Source: Lama guanicoe
Taxonomy: Eukaryota
Length of the DNA stretch: 64,000 bases
Direction of reading: 5' to 3'
Assembly (NCBI GenBank): GCA_013239625.1
Contig: MU053934.1
Coordinates: 1,605,031-1,669,030, forward strand
Shown one piece after another: positions 62,371-64,000 of the stretch. The notes below the pieces were generated by a model. It was not told where the DNA came from and did no database searches. It saw only the letters and a list, made by a program, of their open reading frames with translations. Within the stretch, counting starts at the first letter, position 1. Each line of letters opens with the position of its first letter. A program made the position numbers and the translations under genes.

Positions 62371-64000
62371 CAGAATATTTAAGTCAGACACCACTGTGGG
62401 TCTCAGTGTGGGGAGATTACCACCCTTAGCAAGTCAAACAGACTCGGCCTCTCTGCCAGGCAGCTCCTCCAACACCATGCTGTGCATTTGTGGGCAAGGT
62501 GGCAGCCGGGCCTGCCTCGAAGGGCCAAGATGATTACTCTCCAGCCTTCGGTTTTCTCCGACAGGGATAAACCCCAGGTGGCTTTGAGCAGGGCAGGCTC
62601 AGGTGGACGGAGCTCCTGGAGCATGACTTTTGTGTCCTCAGTCATCTCCATATTGGGTTGTGCTTTTTCGTCACCATCTCACCGCTGCCCTCCTTCGTTA
62701 ACTGGTCTGTCCTTTGCCCCCCAGGCAGAAGCAGACAAGGGCTCTCAGTACAGAGAAATGTGTCCCTGGCTGTGTCAGCAGCAGCTTCTGTGTGGGTTAA
62801 AAGAATGAGCATCTCTCTAGGGAGAAGGAGGGAGAAACTGAGGCTGGCAGGTGGCGAGGAGCGGCCACCTTCTGATCCGTGAATAGATGAGGCCACTTGA
62901 AGGCAATCAGGCCCTTTGGCCTCCTCCGGGGACTGTCTGAGCCCCACCTGGGTCCGCTTTCTGTCCTGTAAGGCAGTCGGGGTGAGGCTGGCTTGGCAGG
63001 GATGGGGCCCACAGCCCTGGCTGCCTCAGCCCTGGCCTCTGCTCCAGTGCTGTCCTCTAACCCTTGCGGGAAACTTGCTTGGACTGAGATGGGGGTTGAA
63101 CCCAGGGCCTGCTGTACGTACTCACTGGGTGGGATGCACATATCGCCCCGTCCTGCCCTCCTCCATGGTCCCCTTAACTATGGACGTCCCAGTGCCTCTG
63201 CCCTGATCTCCCAAATGCCTTCGGCTCCGTCCTCCAGGACTTTGCACCTGTGGAGCCCCTGCCCAGATCACGGTCCCTCTAAACACCTCACTCCCCTCCA
63301 CCTCTCACGCCCTGGCCTGGATCACACCACACCCCCTTCTCCAGTTTCTTCTGGATCACACCACAGCCCCTTCTCCAGTATCTTCGTTGCTGGCGTCACA
63401 CTGAATCAGGTCTGTCTCCAGGCGAAGGGAACTCGGTCTCACTCATCTGCCCCTTCCTGCCTAGAGGGCATCAGGGCGGGGCCCAGTGGGCACGTGCTGG
63501 AGGAGAGGGCAGGTGGCTGCCTCAGGGGCTCCCCGGGAGAAGTGACACTAAGAATCACACTTGCTTCCACGTGGGAATGCCTGGCACCGGGCCGGGTGTC
63601 CATGACGACAATTGTCGCTCTCAACTTCCTGTGCAAAATGAAGAAGAAATGTCCAGGAGCAGAAGCCCAGCCCTCCCCCCATTTTCCAGCTGGTGCTTCC
63701 CCCTCCATGTGGGTTTCTGTTCAAGAACCACCTTTGCCCACCCTCCGGGCTGAGACCGCGGGGCCGGCGCGGCCAGCTCGCTTGAAAACAGGCCAGTTTT
63801 TAAACAGTTCTGCCACTTGTGGACTTCTCTCTCCTTCAGACATATATACATGTGGTTTCTCCTCTTCTCACCTCCTCCTCCACCTCCCCTACCTCCCTCT
63901 GCCTCACCCTCCAAGCCTGAGCCATGTTCTTCAGGACCTCACTTCACCCCTGGACCGGGCCTCCCACAGCTCTCCATGGGTAAATATTTACATCTCGAGG

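Noticed and set aside
42100..64000. Many 60-210 aa ORFs downstream of MCM5
   Set aside because: No homology recognised, no consistent exon chain; typical of GC-rich, repeat-laden intergenic DNA

Overview
Mammalian genomic DNA, most likely a camelid (it carries several Vic-1-type tRNA-derived SINEs), spanning the HMOX1-MCM5 locus. 1-4039 (- strand) is the 5' part of a young gammaretrovirus-like (ERV1, tRNA-Thr primed) provirus: 5' LTR, PBS, long leader, gag with a matrix deletion and one nonsense codon, amber readthrough, and a pro-pol frame open to the window edge. It is inserted about 600 bp from the HMOX1 distal E2 (NRF2/BACH1) enhancer. Then follow the E2 and E1 stress-response enhancers, a perfect distal heat-shock element, the HMOX1 promoter with an interrupted (GT)n tract, intact HMOX1 (5 exons, 288 aa, GC-AG first intron), a CTCF-like site, the E2F/CCAAT CpG-island promoter and intact MCM5 (16 coding exons, 734 aa). 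The last ~25 kb is intergenic and repeat-rich (L1, L2, MIR, MaLR), with some candidate enhancers and small tandem duplications. The most interesting observations are the ERV LTR beside the HMOX1 oxidative-stress enhancer with its own 104-bp-periodic ARE-like motifs, the perfect distal HSE, a K22Q change at a heme-propionate-proximal lysine of HO-1, and a possible N-terminally extended HO-1 frame. Repeat family names and boundaries are from recall and are approximate; no database search was run.
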